Shown here piece after piece: positions 10,237 to 19,311 of a DNA stretch of 64,000 nt. The notes beneath the pieces are model-generated. The model was not told the origin of the DNA. It saw nothing but the letters and a program-made list of their open reading frames with translations, and did not search any database. This DNA is from an uncultured Gemmatimonadales bacterium (GTDB lineage Bacteria; Gemmatimonadota; Gemmatimonadetes; Palauibacterales; Palauibacteraceae): positions 480,001 to 544,000 of the forward strand of contig CAWANJ010000001.1 in assembly GCA_963783385.1 (NCBI GenBank), written 5' to 3'. Position numbers and translations under genes: made by a program. The stretch's first letter is position 1. Each line of letters opens with the position of its first letter.

Positions 10237-10607
10237 TCCCGATCGACCCCGTCATCCTGCTCGGCATGGGCTTCGTGCTCGTGGTGCTGCTGCTCGTGGG
10301 TGGGTTCCTGCTCGTGTACCCGCTGTCGCGGCGCCTGAGCGCCCTGCTGGAAGAGTCCATCCGACTGCGGAGGAGTCCGGGCGCCGGGGAGGCCTCCCCG
10401 GCGATGCTGGACACGGTGCGCGATACACGACGGCTCGTCGAAAGCCTCGGGGACCGGCTGGATGCCATCGAGGAGCGCCAGCGGTCCGTCGAGAACCTGC
10501 TCGAGACTCCGCGCGGATCCGGGAGGGATCGGCAGGCGCAGGTCGGCGGGGAACGCGCCCGGAAGGAGTCGAACCCTCAGCCTCCGGATCCGAATGCGGC
10601 TCCGTAA
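10233..10607 (+). CDS. Small membrane protein with coiled coil (CTG start inferred; ATG 10266 alternative)
   Basis: GGAGG plus CTGA overlap; N-terminal TM helix; LVESLGDRLDAIEERQ coiled coil; C-terminus reads through the tRNA-fragment repeat. Confidence 0.55.
   Translation: MIPIDPVILLGMGFVLVVLLLVGGFLLVYPLSRRLSALLEESIRLRRSPGAGEASPAMLDTVRDTRRLVESLGDRLDAIEERQRSVENLLETPRGSGRDRQAQVGGERARKESNPQPPDPNAAP
10554..10594 (-). repeat. 41-bp direct repeat, displaced 3' half of tRNA-Arg (att-like site)
   Basis: CGCGCCCGGAAGGAGTCGAACCCTCAGCCTCCGGATCCGAA identical at 10554-10594 and 13010-13050. Confidence 0.95.
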
Positions 10608-10924
10608 CTCTACTGATATTACTAACGTTCGCCCGAAAGTCCGCGTACTCTGGCGATCCTCGCATACCCGGCCCCGACACACCGGCGAGGTTCGCGAACG
10701 ATTCAGTGCCAGATTCGGTGCCACCCTCTCCCGTGCGTCACGACGTTCGGCAGCGCGTGTTGCCGAGGCTCGGGGCTCGCGCGTCCGCAGATCCGTCAGC
10801 CGCCGTCTGGAAGCCCTGGCGGTCGTGGACGAAGATCGGGGTGGCGCGAGCGCCGCGAGCGTGTGATGTTCGCGGTCCGACGGTCTGCCGGTCTGTCGGA
10901 CCCTCTGCGCCAAGGAGCCGCCTC

Positions 10925-12962
10925 ATGTCGATCCTCCCGGCCCGCAAGCGCAGGCCCGTGCTTTCCGGTCCCACCCTCCTTCTCTGTCTGGCCGTCGTCG
11001 CGTGCGGTCCGGCGAAGCCTTCGTACTTCACGACGGAGCAGGCCGCGCGTGGGGCCCTGGTCTACAAGAACCACTGCGCCGGTTGCCACCAGCCGGACCT
11101 CCGGGGGGGTGGATTCGCCGTGCCGCTGGCCGGCAAGGGCGTTTTGGCGCAGTGGGAGGCGCGGAAGCTGACGGTGGATGACCTGTTCTACGTCGTCCGG
11201 GCCACCATGCCTCCCGGGGGTTTCGGATCCTTGACGACGGAGCAGCAGCTGGACGTGGTCGCGTACCTGCTTCAACAGAACGGTCTGCAGGCCGGAGACA
11301 GGCCGCTCACGTCCGACGCGGCCTACCTCGCCAGCCTCGAGCTCACGACCGGCGCGCCCTCCTCTTCCGCCGGGCGAAGCAAGGCTCCAGGCTACATCCC
11401 GGGCCCGGGAGGTATTCAGCCTCGGGGATCCTCGCCGACGCCGGCCGAGCTGGCCGCGGCACGTACCGGCGGAGAGAACTGGCTCTACCACACGGGCGAC
11501 TACGCGGGAAACCGCTATTCGGCGCTGCGACAGATCACGGCCGCGAACGTGACCAGGCTCGGCATCGCCTGCCGCTACACCTTCAGCGAACAGGGCGGCA
11601 TCGAGACCGGCCCCATCGTGTACCGGGGCACCATGTACGCCACCACCGTGCACGAGACCGTCGCCATCGACGCCGCGACGTGCGCCCAGCGCTGGAAGCA
11701 CGTCTGGGACGCGCCGGCGGGAGACGTGTGGCGCAACAACCGGGGCGTGGCGGTGGCATCGGGACGCGTGATACGGGGCACCTCGGACGGCTACCTCGTG
11801 GCCCTCGACGCCGAGACCGGTGCCCTTCTCTGGGCGCGAAAGGTGGCCGACGCCGCGGCGGGTGAGACGATCACCATGGCGCCGCTCATCTGGAAGGATC
11901 TGGTGCTGGTGGGGCCGGCGGGCAGCGAGAACGCGATCCGGGGATGGGTGGGCGCCTTCTCTCTCGAGGATGGCACGCCCGTCTGGAAGTTCAACCTCGT
12001 GCCCCGATCCGGTGAGCCCGGGTACGACAGCTGGAGCCACTCCAGCGGATTCCGTATGGGCGGCGGGGCCATCTGGACACCGATGTCGATGGATGCCGAC
12101 GCCGGGATCGTGTTCGTGGCGGCGGGCAATCCCTCTCCCGACTATCCCGCAGCTCTGAGAGGTGGTGACAACCTGTACACCAACTCCGTCGTGGCGCTCG
12201 ACGCCCGCACGGGAAAGCTCGCCTGGTACAAGCAGCTGGTGCCCTCGGACGAGCACGATTGGGATCTGACCCAGGTGAGCCCCGTGTTCTCGGGCACGGT
12301 GGCAGGCCACCACAGGAAGCTGCTGGCGACCGTGGGAAAGGACGGGCTGCTCCGCCTTCTCGACCGGGACACGCACACGGTCCTCTGGGAGACGGCCGTG
12401 ACCACCCGGGAGAACACGGATGCGCCCGTGACCGCGAAGGGGACGCACGCCTGCCCGGGCACTTTCGGCGGGGTCGAGTGGAACGGGCCGTCCTACAGCC
12501 CGGAGACCCGCATGCTCTACACGCCGGCCGTGGACTGGTGCGGCACCTTCTTCGCGGCCGACACGGTGCGCTACGTGCCCGGAGCGAACTACCTCGGCGG
12601 AAGCTACCTGGCCGATGCAAAGGCCCGTGGGTGGCTCACGGCCATCGACGTCGCGTCGGGGAAAGTCGCGTGGCGATATGCTTCCCCGAAGCCGATGGTC
12701 GGAGCCGTGATCTCGACGGCGGGGGGCCTGGTGATGGCGGGCGAGCTCACCGGGGGACCTGATCGCGTTTCAGGCCGGCACGGGAAAGGAGCTGGCCAGG
12801 GTCGCGACCGGGGAGCCCATCGGGGGGGGTGTCGTCACCTACATGGCGAACGACCGACAATACGTGGCGGTCGCCATGGGCCGGCCGTCCCATTGGTGGT
12901 CAGGGGCGGACGTGGGACCGCCCACGATCGTGGTGCTCTCCCTCCAGAGACAGGGCTCCTGA
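10925..12962 (+). CDS. Lipoprotein cytochrome c-PQQ-dependent dehydrogenase fusion (+1 frameshift at ~12752-12756)
   Basis: AAGGAG then ATG 10925; lipobox LAVVAC; CAGCH heme motif; PQQ propeller motifs (NRYSALRQIT, NRG, GGGAIW, GDNLYTNS, DEHDWD). Removing one G restores GDLIAF...VVTY...RQYVAV to TGA 12962. Confidence 0.88.
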
Positions 12963-13009
12963 AGGGACGAGCCCCGGCTGTGAACCGGCGTCACGTTCTG
13001 GTCACGGAG

Positions 13010-13083
13010 CGCGCCCGGAAGGAGTCGAACCCTCAGCCTCCGGATCCGAAGTCCGGCGCTCTGTCCAGTTGAGCTACGGGCGC
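13010..13083 (-). tRNA. tRNA-Arg (anticodon UCG), CCA not encoded
   Basis: GCGCCCG TAGCTCAACTGGACAGAGCG CCGGA CTTCGGA TCCGG AGGCT GAGGG TTCGACT CCTTC CGGGCGC G folds as a cloverleaf. Confidence 0.95.
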
Positions 13084-13118
13084 GAGAGGTCGCTCATCCT
13101 ATGGGTGCGGCCGAAGCT

Positions 13119-14273
13119 CTACAAGGTCTCCCAGCGCAGGCCGCGGCCGTCCAGGACTGCCCGTAGCTCGGCCGGCGGCAGGAGCCGCACGGGCGGCTGC
13201 ACCCCGGCTGGAGGCCGTGAGCCGCTCGCTCCGTCCCTCCCCGCCAGCCGCTTCGCCCCCGCCGTGATGATAGCCGCGGTGAGTCCATAGGGATCCTGCC
13301 CACGGACGGCCACCGTCCGCGTCCCCCCCTCCCGGCCCGTGGCCCGGGCCACGATCTCGAACTCGCCGCTCTCCCGCTCCGCCCGCGTCGGGCCCGGCGC
13401 CCCGCCCCGGGCCCAGCGGTCCAGGAGTGGCAGGAGCCACCGAACCAGGTGGGGCAGCGCGGGCGACAGGAGGGCGGCGGCGCGCGCCGTGGGGCCGCCG
13501 GTTACGGCCCAGCCCCGCACCTCCCGAACCTCCATGTGGCGTGGCACGGTGACGATCTCTCCCGTGGGGAGGGTGATGGCCGGCCGCCGGCTCCCATCCG
13601 GAAGCTCGAGCACCGTGCGCCGCCGCGCCGCCCGCTCGGGGACCCAGGCCCCGTTCCGGTAGGCGAGGCCGGGCGCGGCCAGGATGCGGAGGATGCTGGC
13701 CCGGGTGCCCCGCGAGGTGGCGGCGGCCCCGCCCCGCCACCCGTAGATCAGCTCCACCAGGCGCAGGGGCCGCGCCAGCTCGCCGGCGGCCAGCTCGGCC
13801 GCCGCGTCCCCGAGGGCGTACTCGAACGCCATGGCGTTCACGACCGTGACGCCGGCCTCCCGCGCCGGCCCGTCCCAGCGCTCCACCACCCGCTTCATGA
13901 ACCGTTGCTCGCCCGTCGTGTCCAGGTAGTGCGCCCCGGCCTCGACGCAGGCGCGGATCACCGGCTCGCCCAGCTCCAGGAAGGGGCCGGCGCAGCTCAC
14001 CACGACGTCCCCCGACCGCAGGAGGCGCTTCAGCGTGTCGGGCCGGGTGACATCGACGACGGCGGTGGAGGGCGGCCCCGCAGCGGTCTCCGACGCGACG
14101 CCGCCGGCCTCACTCGCACGCCCCGACTCGGACAGGGATTCGGCCAGCCGCTCCAGCTTCCCGGTGTCTCGTCCTGCCAGGACGAAGGGGACGTCGCCCG
14201 CCGCCAGCTCGCCGGCCACCAGGGAACCGGTGTAGCCGGTCGCCCCTACGACGAGGATGCGCGCTGGGTCCAC
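13119..14273 (-). CDS. Saccharopine dehydrogenase-like oxidoreductase
   Basis: GGAGG then GTG 14273; VVGATGYTG, VSCAGPF..GEPV, HYLDTTGE. Confidence 0.85.
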   Translation of the reverse strand: MDPARILVVGATGYTGSLVAGELAAGDVPFVLAGRDTGKLERLAESLSESGRASEAGGVASETAAGPPSTAVVDVTRPDTLKRLLRSGDVVVSCAGPFLELGEPVIRACVEAGAHYLDTTGEQRFMKRVVERWDGPAREAGVTVVNAMAFEYALGDAAAELAAGELARPLRLVELIYGWRGGAAATSRGTRASILRILAAPGLAYRNGAWVPERAARRRTVLELPDGSRRPAITLPTGEIVTVPRHMEVREVRGWAVTGGPTARAAALLSPALPHLVRWLLPLLDRWARGGAPGPTRAERESGEFEIVARATGREGGTRTVAVRGQDPYGLTAAIITAGAKRLAGRDGASGSRPPAGVQPPVRLLPPAELRAVLDGRGLRWETL

Positions 14274-14430
14274 CTTCACCTCCAGTCTACACGCGCCGGC
14301 GCGGGCCGCCCGGCTCTTGGTCCGAACGCGCACGTCGTACACGACGGACCGACCCAGGTAGGAGGTTCCCCATGTGCGGAGCCCCGGCGGTTACGGACCC
14401 CGACGCCGCGCCGACCCCGATCGCCCCGCC

Positions 14431-15613
14431 TCAGTAGGCCGGGTGTCCCGTGATGTCCTGTCCCAGGATGAGGCCGTGCACGTCGTGCGTGCCCTCGTAG
14501 GTGTACACGGACTCCAGGTTGGCCATGTGACGCATGGACTGGTATTCGACCAGGATCCCGTTGGCGCCCAGCAGCCGCCGGGCCTCCCGGGCGCACTCGC
14601 ACGCCATGTTCACGTTGTTGCGCTTGGCCAGCGAGACCTGCTGGGGCCGCATGGTGCCGGCGTCCTTGAGCCGGCCCGAGGCGCAGCACCAGGAGCTGCG
14701 CCTTGGTGATCTCGGTCAGCATCTCGGCCAGCCGGATCTGCTGGATCTGGGTGGCCGCGATCGGCTTGTCGCCGAACTGCACCCGGTTCTTCGAATAGCT
14801 CACGGCTTCGTCGTAACAGGCCATGGCGGCCCCGACCGCGCCCCAGGCGATCCCGTAGCGCGCCTGCGTGAGGCACATGAGCGGGCTCTTGAGGCCGCCG
14901 CTCCCGGGCAGGAGGTTGGAGTCCGGCACGCGCACGTCCTGGAGCACCAGCTCGCTCGTGTCTGAGGCCAGGAGGGACAGCTTGCCCTTCTGGTCCCTGG
15001 CCGAGAAGCCCTCCCGGTCGGTCTCGACGATGAAGCCCCGGATGGACCCGACGTCGTCGACCTCGCCCGTCTTGGCCCACACCACCGCCACGTCGGCCAT
15101 CGAGCCGTTGGTGATCCACATCTTGGCGCCGTTCAGCACCCACTCGTCGCCGTCCTTGACCGCCCGGGTGAGCATGCCGCCGGGGTTGGAGCCGAAGTCC
15201 GGCTCGGTGAGGCCGAAGCACCCGATCTTCTCGCCCGACGCCAGGGCCGGCAGCCACGTCTCTCGCTGCTCCTCGCTCCCGAAGGCGTGGATCGGGTACA
15301 TGACCAGGGCGCCCTGCACCGACGCGAAGGAGCGAAGCCCCGAGTCGCCTCGCTCGAGCTCCTGCATGATGATGCCGTAGGCGACGTTGTTGAGGCCGGC
15401 GCACCCGTACTTCTCCGGCAGGTTGGCCCCCAGGAAGCCGAGCTCCGCCATCTGGGGGATGAGCTCGGAGGGAAAGGTCTTGCCGACGTAATGCCGCTGG
15501 ATGATCGGCATCACCTCCTCCTCCACCCAATCCCGAACCATGTCGCGCACGGCCCGCTCCTCGGGCTCGAGCATGCCGTCCACGTCGTAGTAGTCCACAC
15601 CCTGGAAGCTCAT
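14431..15613 (-). CDS. Acyl-CoA dehydrogenase, glutaryl-CoA dehydrogenase-like (+1 frameshift at ~14676)
   Basis: ELERGDSGLRS, GCFGLTEPDFGS, GAKMWITNG; C-terminus (AKRNNV...LGANGI...YTYEGTHDVH) continues in the 14431..14652 frame. Confidence 0.9.
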
Positions 15614-15724
15614 CGGTCGGTCGATCTCCTGTATGGTGGTGCGATTCGGTGCCGGGAGGCCCGGCGCTCGAGCGCGGCCGGTCGCTGCGCCCGCCCCGCC
15701 GCCGCTCCGCAGTGGGGCGGCGCC

Positions 15725-16090
15725 TCAGTCCGGGTCGGAGGGTCCCCCCCTCTTCACCCGAACGTAACCCCGCATGACCTCGCGGCCGATACGGTAGCCC
15801 AGATAGTAGGCGGCCCCCAGGGGCAGGAGCCAGGCCCACATCGGCAGGACGCCGCTGCGACCCTCGAGCAGGATCCAGACGGCGAATGGCAGGGTGACGA
15901 GGAGCGCGGCCGCGTGCCGTCCCCATCGAACCCGTCGGCCCAGGTCCTCGCGGCAGGAGGGACACCACAGCTGCCGGTCCAGGTCGCTGTGGGGATACAG
16001 CTCCCGGCACGACGCGCACGGCTTGTGATCGTGCCCGGTCTCGGGGGCCTCCGGCTCGGCCCGATCACGCACGTCAGACGGAGGAATCAT
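15725..16090 (-). CDS. Hypothetical membrane protein with CxxC...CxxC zinc finger
   Basis: CASC...WCPSC followed by two TM helices. Confidence 0.65.
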   Translation of the reverse strand: MIPPSDVRDRAEPEAPETGHDHKPCASCRELYPHSDLDRQLWCPSCREDLGRRVRWGRHAAALLVTLPFAVWILLEGRSGVLPMWAWLLPLGAAYYLGYRIGREVMRGYVRVKRGGPSDPD

Positions 16091-17108
16091 CTCGTTCCAG
16101 TCGGTCGATGATCGCGCGCGCGAAGCTCTGCGTGGTGCCGGTCCCGCCGAGGTCCGGGGTCAGCCCCTCGTCTCCGCGCAGCACGTCGACCACAGCCGAC
16201 CGGATTCGCTCGGCCACCTCGTCCTCGTGCAGGTGGTCGAGCATCAGACAGCTCGCCAGGATCATCGAGCACGGGTTGGCGATGCCTTTGCCGGCGATGT
16301 CGGGAGCCGAGCCGTGCACGGGCTCGAACAGGGCCGCGTCCTCGCCGATGTTGGCACCGGGAGCAAAGCCGAGTCCTCCGACCAGACCGGCCGCCTCGTC
16401 GGAGAGGATGTCACCGAACATGTTCTCGCTCACGATCACGTCGAACTGGTGCGGGTCGAGGACCAGCTGCATGGCCGTGGCGTCGATGATCCGCTCGTCG
16501 AACGTGACGCGGCCCTCGTACTCCTCGGCGATGCCGCGTCCCACCTCCAGGAACAGGCCCTGGGTGCACTTGAGGATGTTGGCCTTGTGGACGAGGGTGA
16601 CCTTCTCCCGGTCGTGGGCCAGCGCGTACTCGAACGCGTATCGTACGATGCGCTCGGCCCCGAACCGGGTGACCAGCATCACCGACTCGGCCACGGCCTT
16701 GGGATCGTCCTCCATGCCGATGAAGTGCTCGATCCCGATGTACAGCCCCTCCGTGTTCTCGCGCACGATGACCAGGTCGACGTCCTCGTAGCGCCCGCCG
16801 GAACGCAGGGTCTTCACGGGGCGCAGGTTGACGTACAGGTCGAAGTGCTTGCGCAGGGCCACGTTCAGGGACCGGAAGCCTTCGCCGAGGGGGGTCGTGA
16901 GGGGGCCCTTGAGGCCCACCCGGTGCTGCTCGATCGACGCCAGCGTCGCGTCGGGCAGCGGCTCCCCGCCCTCCTCCATCGCGGAGGTGCCCGCCTTCTG
17001 CCGGTCCCACTCGATCGGGGCGCCCGCGGCCTCGAGCACCGCCTCGCACGCTTCCGTGATCGCCGGTCCGATCCCGTCCCCCGGAATCAGGGTCACCGTG
17101 TGGCTCAT
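16074..17108 (-). CDS. icd: Isocitrate dehydrogenase, probably NAD-dependent (IDH/IPMDH family)
   Basis: IPGDGIG; RSLNVALRK (isocitrate-type S/N); VHKANILK; NMFGDILSD; HGSAPDIAG (NAD-type Asp). Confidence 0.85.
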   Translation of the reverse strand: MSHTVTLIPGDGIGPAITEACEAVLEAAGAPIEWDRQKAGTSAMEEGGEPLPDATLASIEQHRVGLKGPLTTPLGEGFRSLNVALRKHFDLYVNLRPVKTLRSGGRYEDVDLVIVRENTEGLYIGIEHFIGMEDDPKAVAESVMLVTRFGAERIVRYAFEYALAHDREKVTLVHKANILKCTQGLFLEVGRGIAEEYEGRVTFDERIIDATAMQLVLDPHQFDVIVSENMFGDILSDEAAGLVGGLGFAPGANIGEDAALFEPVHGSAPDIAGKGIANPCSMILASCLMLDHLHEDEVAERIRSAVVDVLRGDEGLTPDLGGTGTTQSFARAIIDRLERDDSSV

Positions 17109-17139
17109 GCTCCTCCCTGACGGGGTCTCGATCTCTGGA

Positions 17140-17634
17140 TCACGAGGGCTTCAGGTAGCGCGGATCGTAGTGGAAGGTCGTGTGGTCCTCCCCGTACTGC
17201 ACTAGCTGGTCCAGGTAGCCGGGCTTGTCCGTGCCCTCGGTGCGCGCGTTCGTCACGCGCCGAAGCGCGTCCTGCCAGGTCACGCTGGTCAGCTCGTCGC
17301 GCAGTAACGTGGCCCGGGCCACCAGGTGCCCCGACGAGTCCAGCGTGGTCACGCGCACGGCCGCCACGCCGTCGAACTCGCCGAAGAGCTTCTGCGTCTG
17401 GGGAGAGAACAGGTAGATGTAAGGGCCGACCTTGGCCCACAGAACGCCGCCCCTCCTGAGCTGGGCGGAGGACTGTCGAACCTGCACCGTGACGACGTTC
17501 CCGTTCAGGTTCACGTCGGCCGAACTTCCGTACAGTCCCTTGATCTCGCTCTGCTTGGGCAGGTTCAGCGTCTTGCCGCCTCCGCAGGCCGCCACCAGCC
17601 CCACCAGGACGGCCGCCAGGATCGCCTTCCTCAT
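17140..17634 (-). CDS. Hypothetical lipoprotein
   Basis: [17 protein letters not shown] lipobox; ATGA overlap with upstream gene. Confidence 0.75.
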   Translation of the reverse strand: MRKAILAAVLVGLVAACGGGKTLNLPKQSEIKGLYGSSADVNLNGNVVTVQVRQSSAQLRRGGVLWAKVGPYIYLFSPQTQKLFGEFDGVAAVRVTTLDSSGHLVARATLLRDELTSVTWQDALRRVTNARTEGTDKPGYLDQLVQYGEDHTTFHYDPRYLKPS

Positions 17635-18329
17635 GGCGATAGCCATCCGACGAGCCGTCCGGCCAGCCCCGCCAGGAGGCCCGGAGCCTCGGCCCGGGAG
17701 GGAGGACCCGGGATCCAGCCACGCCACAGCACCTCGCCGGCCCGTGTGTCGATGAGGGCCACGCGTAGCGCGGCGTGGCCCAGGGGCGCTCGGTCCGAGC
17801 TGTCGGACGGCACCTCGCCCGCTGCACCGAGGGAGCCCGCCGGCACGTAGATGAGCCGGAGCGGCAGCGCCACCACCCGGGTGTCCAGGAGCGCCGACAG
17901 CGAGCGAAGCTGGCTGTGCAGGGGCTCGTAGATCACGCCCTTGAACTTCTGGTCCTCGCTCCCGTCCAGTCCCTCGTAGGCCAGGCGCTCGGGATCCACC
18001 TTGAGCAGCGGGTTGCGACGGACCCGCTTGACCACCGTCCCGGGACCGGTCCACTCGCCCGTGCTCCGATGCTCCGACAGGGCGAAGTCGACCTCGGCGT
18101 CGAACGCGTCCACCAGACCCTGGAGAGAGGTCGACCCCCCGGGCCAGGCCCCCGACGGGACGGGACGCGCGCCCTGGAGGGGCAGCACCGTCACGGGCAC
18201 GCCTACCGCCAGGGAGGGCATCCTGTCCTGGGCGCTCGCGCCCACCGGCACGGCTCCGGCGGCCGCCACGGCCACCAGCGCCACCGCTCCGGCGGTCGCG
18301 CCGCCCGGTCTCCAGCCTCGGCTCCTCAC
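17631..18329 (-). CDS. Hypothetical secreted protein
   Basis: GTGA overlap at 18326-18329; signal peptide ([19 protein letters not shown]); C-terminal [15 protein letters not shown] strand. Confidence 0.65.
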   Translation of the reverse strand: MRSRGWRPGGATAGAVALVAVAAAGAVPVGASAQDRMPSLAVGVPVTVLPLQGARPVPSGAWPGGSTSLQGLVDAFDAEVDFALSEHRSTGEWTGPGTVVKRVRRNPLLKVDPERLAYEGLDGSEDQKFKGVIYEPLHSQLRSLSALLDTRVVALPLRLIYVPAGSLGAAGEVPSDSSDRAPLGHAALRVALIDTRAGEVLWRGWIPGPPSRAEAPGLLAGLAGRLVGWLSP

Positions 18330-19057
18330 TCGGTCCGACCTCCGCCTCGCGTTCCGATCTCGGGGACCCCGTCCAGGCACGCCCGGGCCTCTCGTACGTC
18401 GTTGGTCACGATCGCGTCTACACCCCACTCGGCCAAACGTAGCATCACCGCCGGCTCGTCCACCGTCCACGCCTGAACCGTCCGTCCGGACCGGTGGACC
18501 GCTCGCACGAACCCCGGCCGCACGACGGGGATCCCGGCCCGGCGAAGGGGCGTGTGCACGACCTCCGGGAAGCCCGCCGCGGGGACGCCCGGCAACCAGC
18601 GGGCCAAAGCCAGGAACAGGGCCTGCCGTGTCGAGGTGGCGCGCGATCCCGCATAGCCATGGAAGGCAGGCAGGCGGGTGCCGTCCTCGACGTACAGCGT
18701 GGTCTCGGACGTCCGTCCGAAGCGGACGATGAGCTCCACGACCTGGCGGGTGGCTTCCGGCTCCTTGACGTCCACCGTCATCGGCAGGTCACGGTGGAGC
18801 TCGAACACCCGCTCCAACGACGGGACTCCGAGGCCCTCGAGCTCGGCCGCCGTCCGCCCCGACACCGCACCGGTCCGGCCCATCGTCCGGTCCAGGGTCG
18901 GATCGTGGATGACTACCAGCCGGTCGTCCGAGGAGCGCCGGACGTCCAGCTCCAGGCCGTCGGCTCCCAGCTCAGCGGCGAGCGCGAAGGCCTCCAGCGT
19001 GTTCTCGGGCGCCTCCGCGGCGGCCCCGCGGTGGGCCACCACCCGGGGAGGGCTCAC
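18326..19057 (-). CDS. Glycerophosphodiester phosphodiesterase family protein
   Basis: AHRG..APENT, ELDVR, HD..LDRT, WTVD, IVTND. Confidence 0.92.
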   Translation of the reverse strand: MSPPRVVAHRGAAAEAPENTLEAFALAAELGADGLELDVRRSSDDRLVVIHDPTLDRTMGRTGAVSGRTAAELEGLGVPSLERVFELHRDLPMTVDVKEPEATRQVVELIVRFGRTSETTLYVEDGTRLPAFHGYAGSRATSTRQALFLALARWLPGVPAAGFPEVVHTPLRRAGIPVVRPGFVRAVHRSGRTVQAWTVDEPAVMLRLAEWGVDAIVTNDVREARACLDGVPEIGTRGGGRTE

Positions 19058-19064
19058 GCCGGCG

Positions 19065-19304
19065 TCACCGGCGAGCCAGCCCGGCCAGGCCTCCGGCCGC
19101 CGCGGCCACCCCGGCGACCGCCGCCGCCACGGCCAGCGCTCCGTGTCCCGTCGCCGCCAGCCCCGGTCCGGAGAAGGCGAGCGTGAGGCCCCCGAAGCAC
19201 ACCATCAGGGGAACCAGGCCCCGCATCGGACGCCTCCCATGCGCGCCAGCATGCCGGTCCGGCACGGGATCGTCCGCATCACGGGCCGGGATGTCGGCGG
19301 TCAC
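19065..19304 (-). CDS. Small hypothetical membrane protein
   Basis: Fills operon gap; two hydrophobic segments. Confidence 0.4.
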   Translation of the reverse strand: MTADIPARDADDPVPDRHAGAHGRRPMRGLVPLMVCFGGLTLAFSGPGLAATGHGALAVAAAVAGVAAAAGGLAGLARR

Positions 19305-19311
19305 CGTGGTC

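Larger units (their letters stand above)
10554..13050. mobile_element. tRNA-Arg-anchored genomic islet (integrase-less remnant)
   Basis: Bounded by the intact tRNA and a duplicated 3' tRNA fragment in canonical integration geometry; one cargo gene; no recombinase seen. Confidence 0.75.

Noticed and set aside
10554-10594. Second tRNA-Arg gene
   Set aside because: Only the 3' half is present; no D-arm or 5' acceptor strand
10595-10924. Integrase remnant inside the islet
   Set aside because: No recognisable tyrosine or serine recombinase motifs in the translated frames
10067-13072. 1001-aa ORF in the track
   Set aside because: Real start is ATG 10925 (RBS, lipobox); the tail is frameshift read-through antisense to the tRNA
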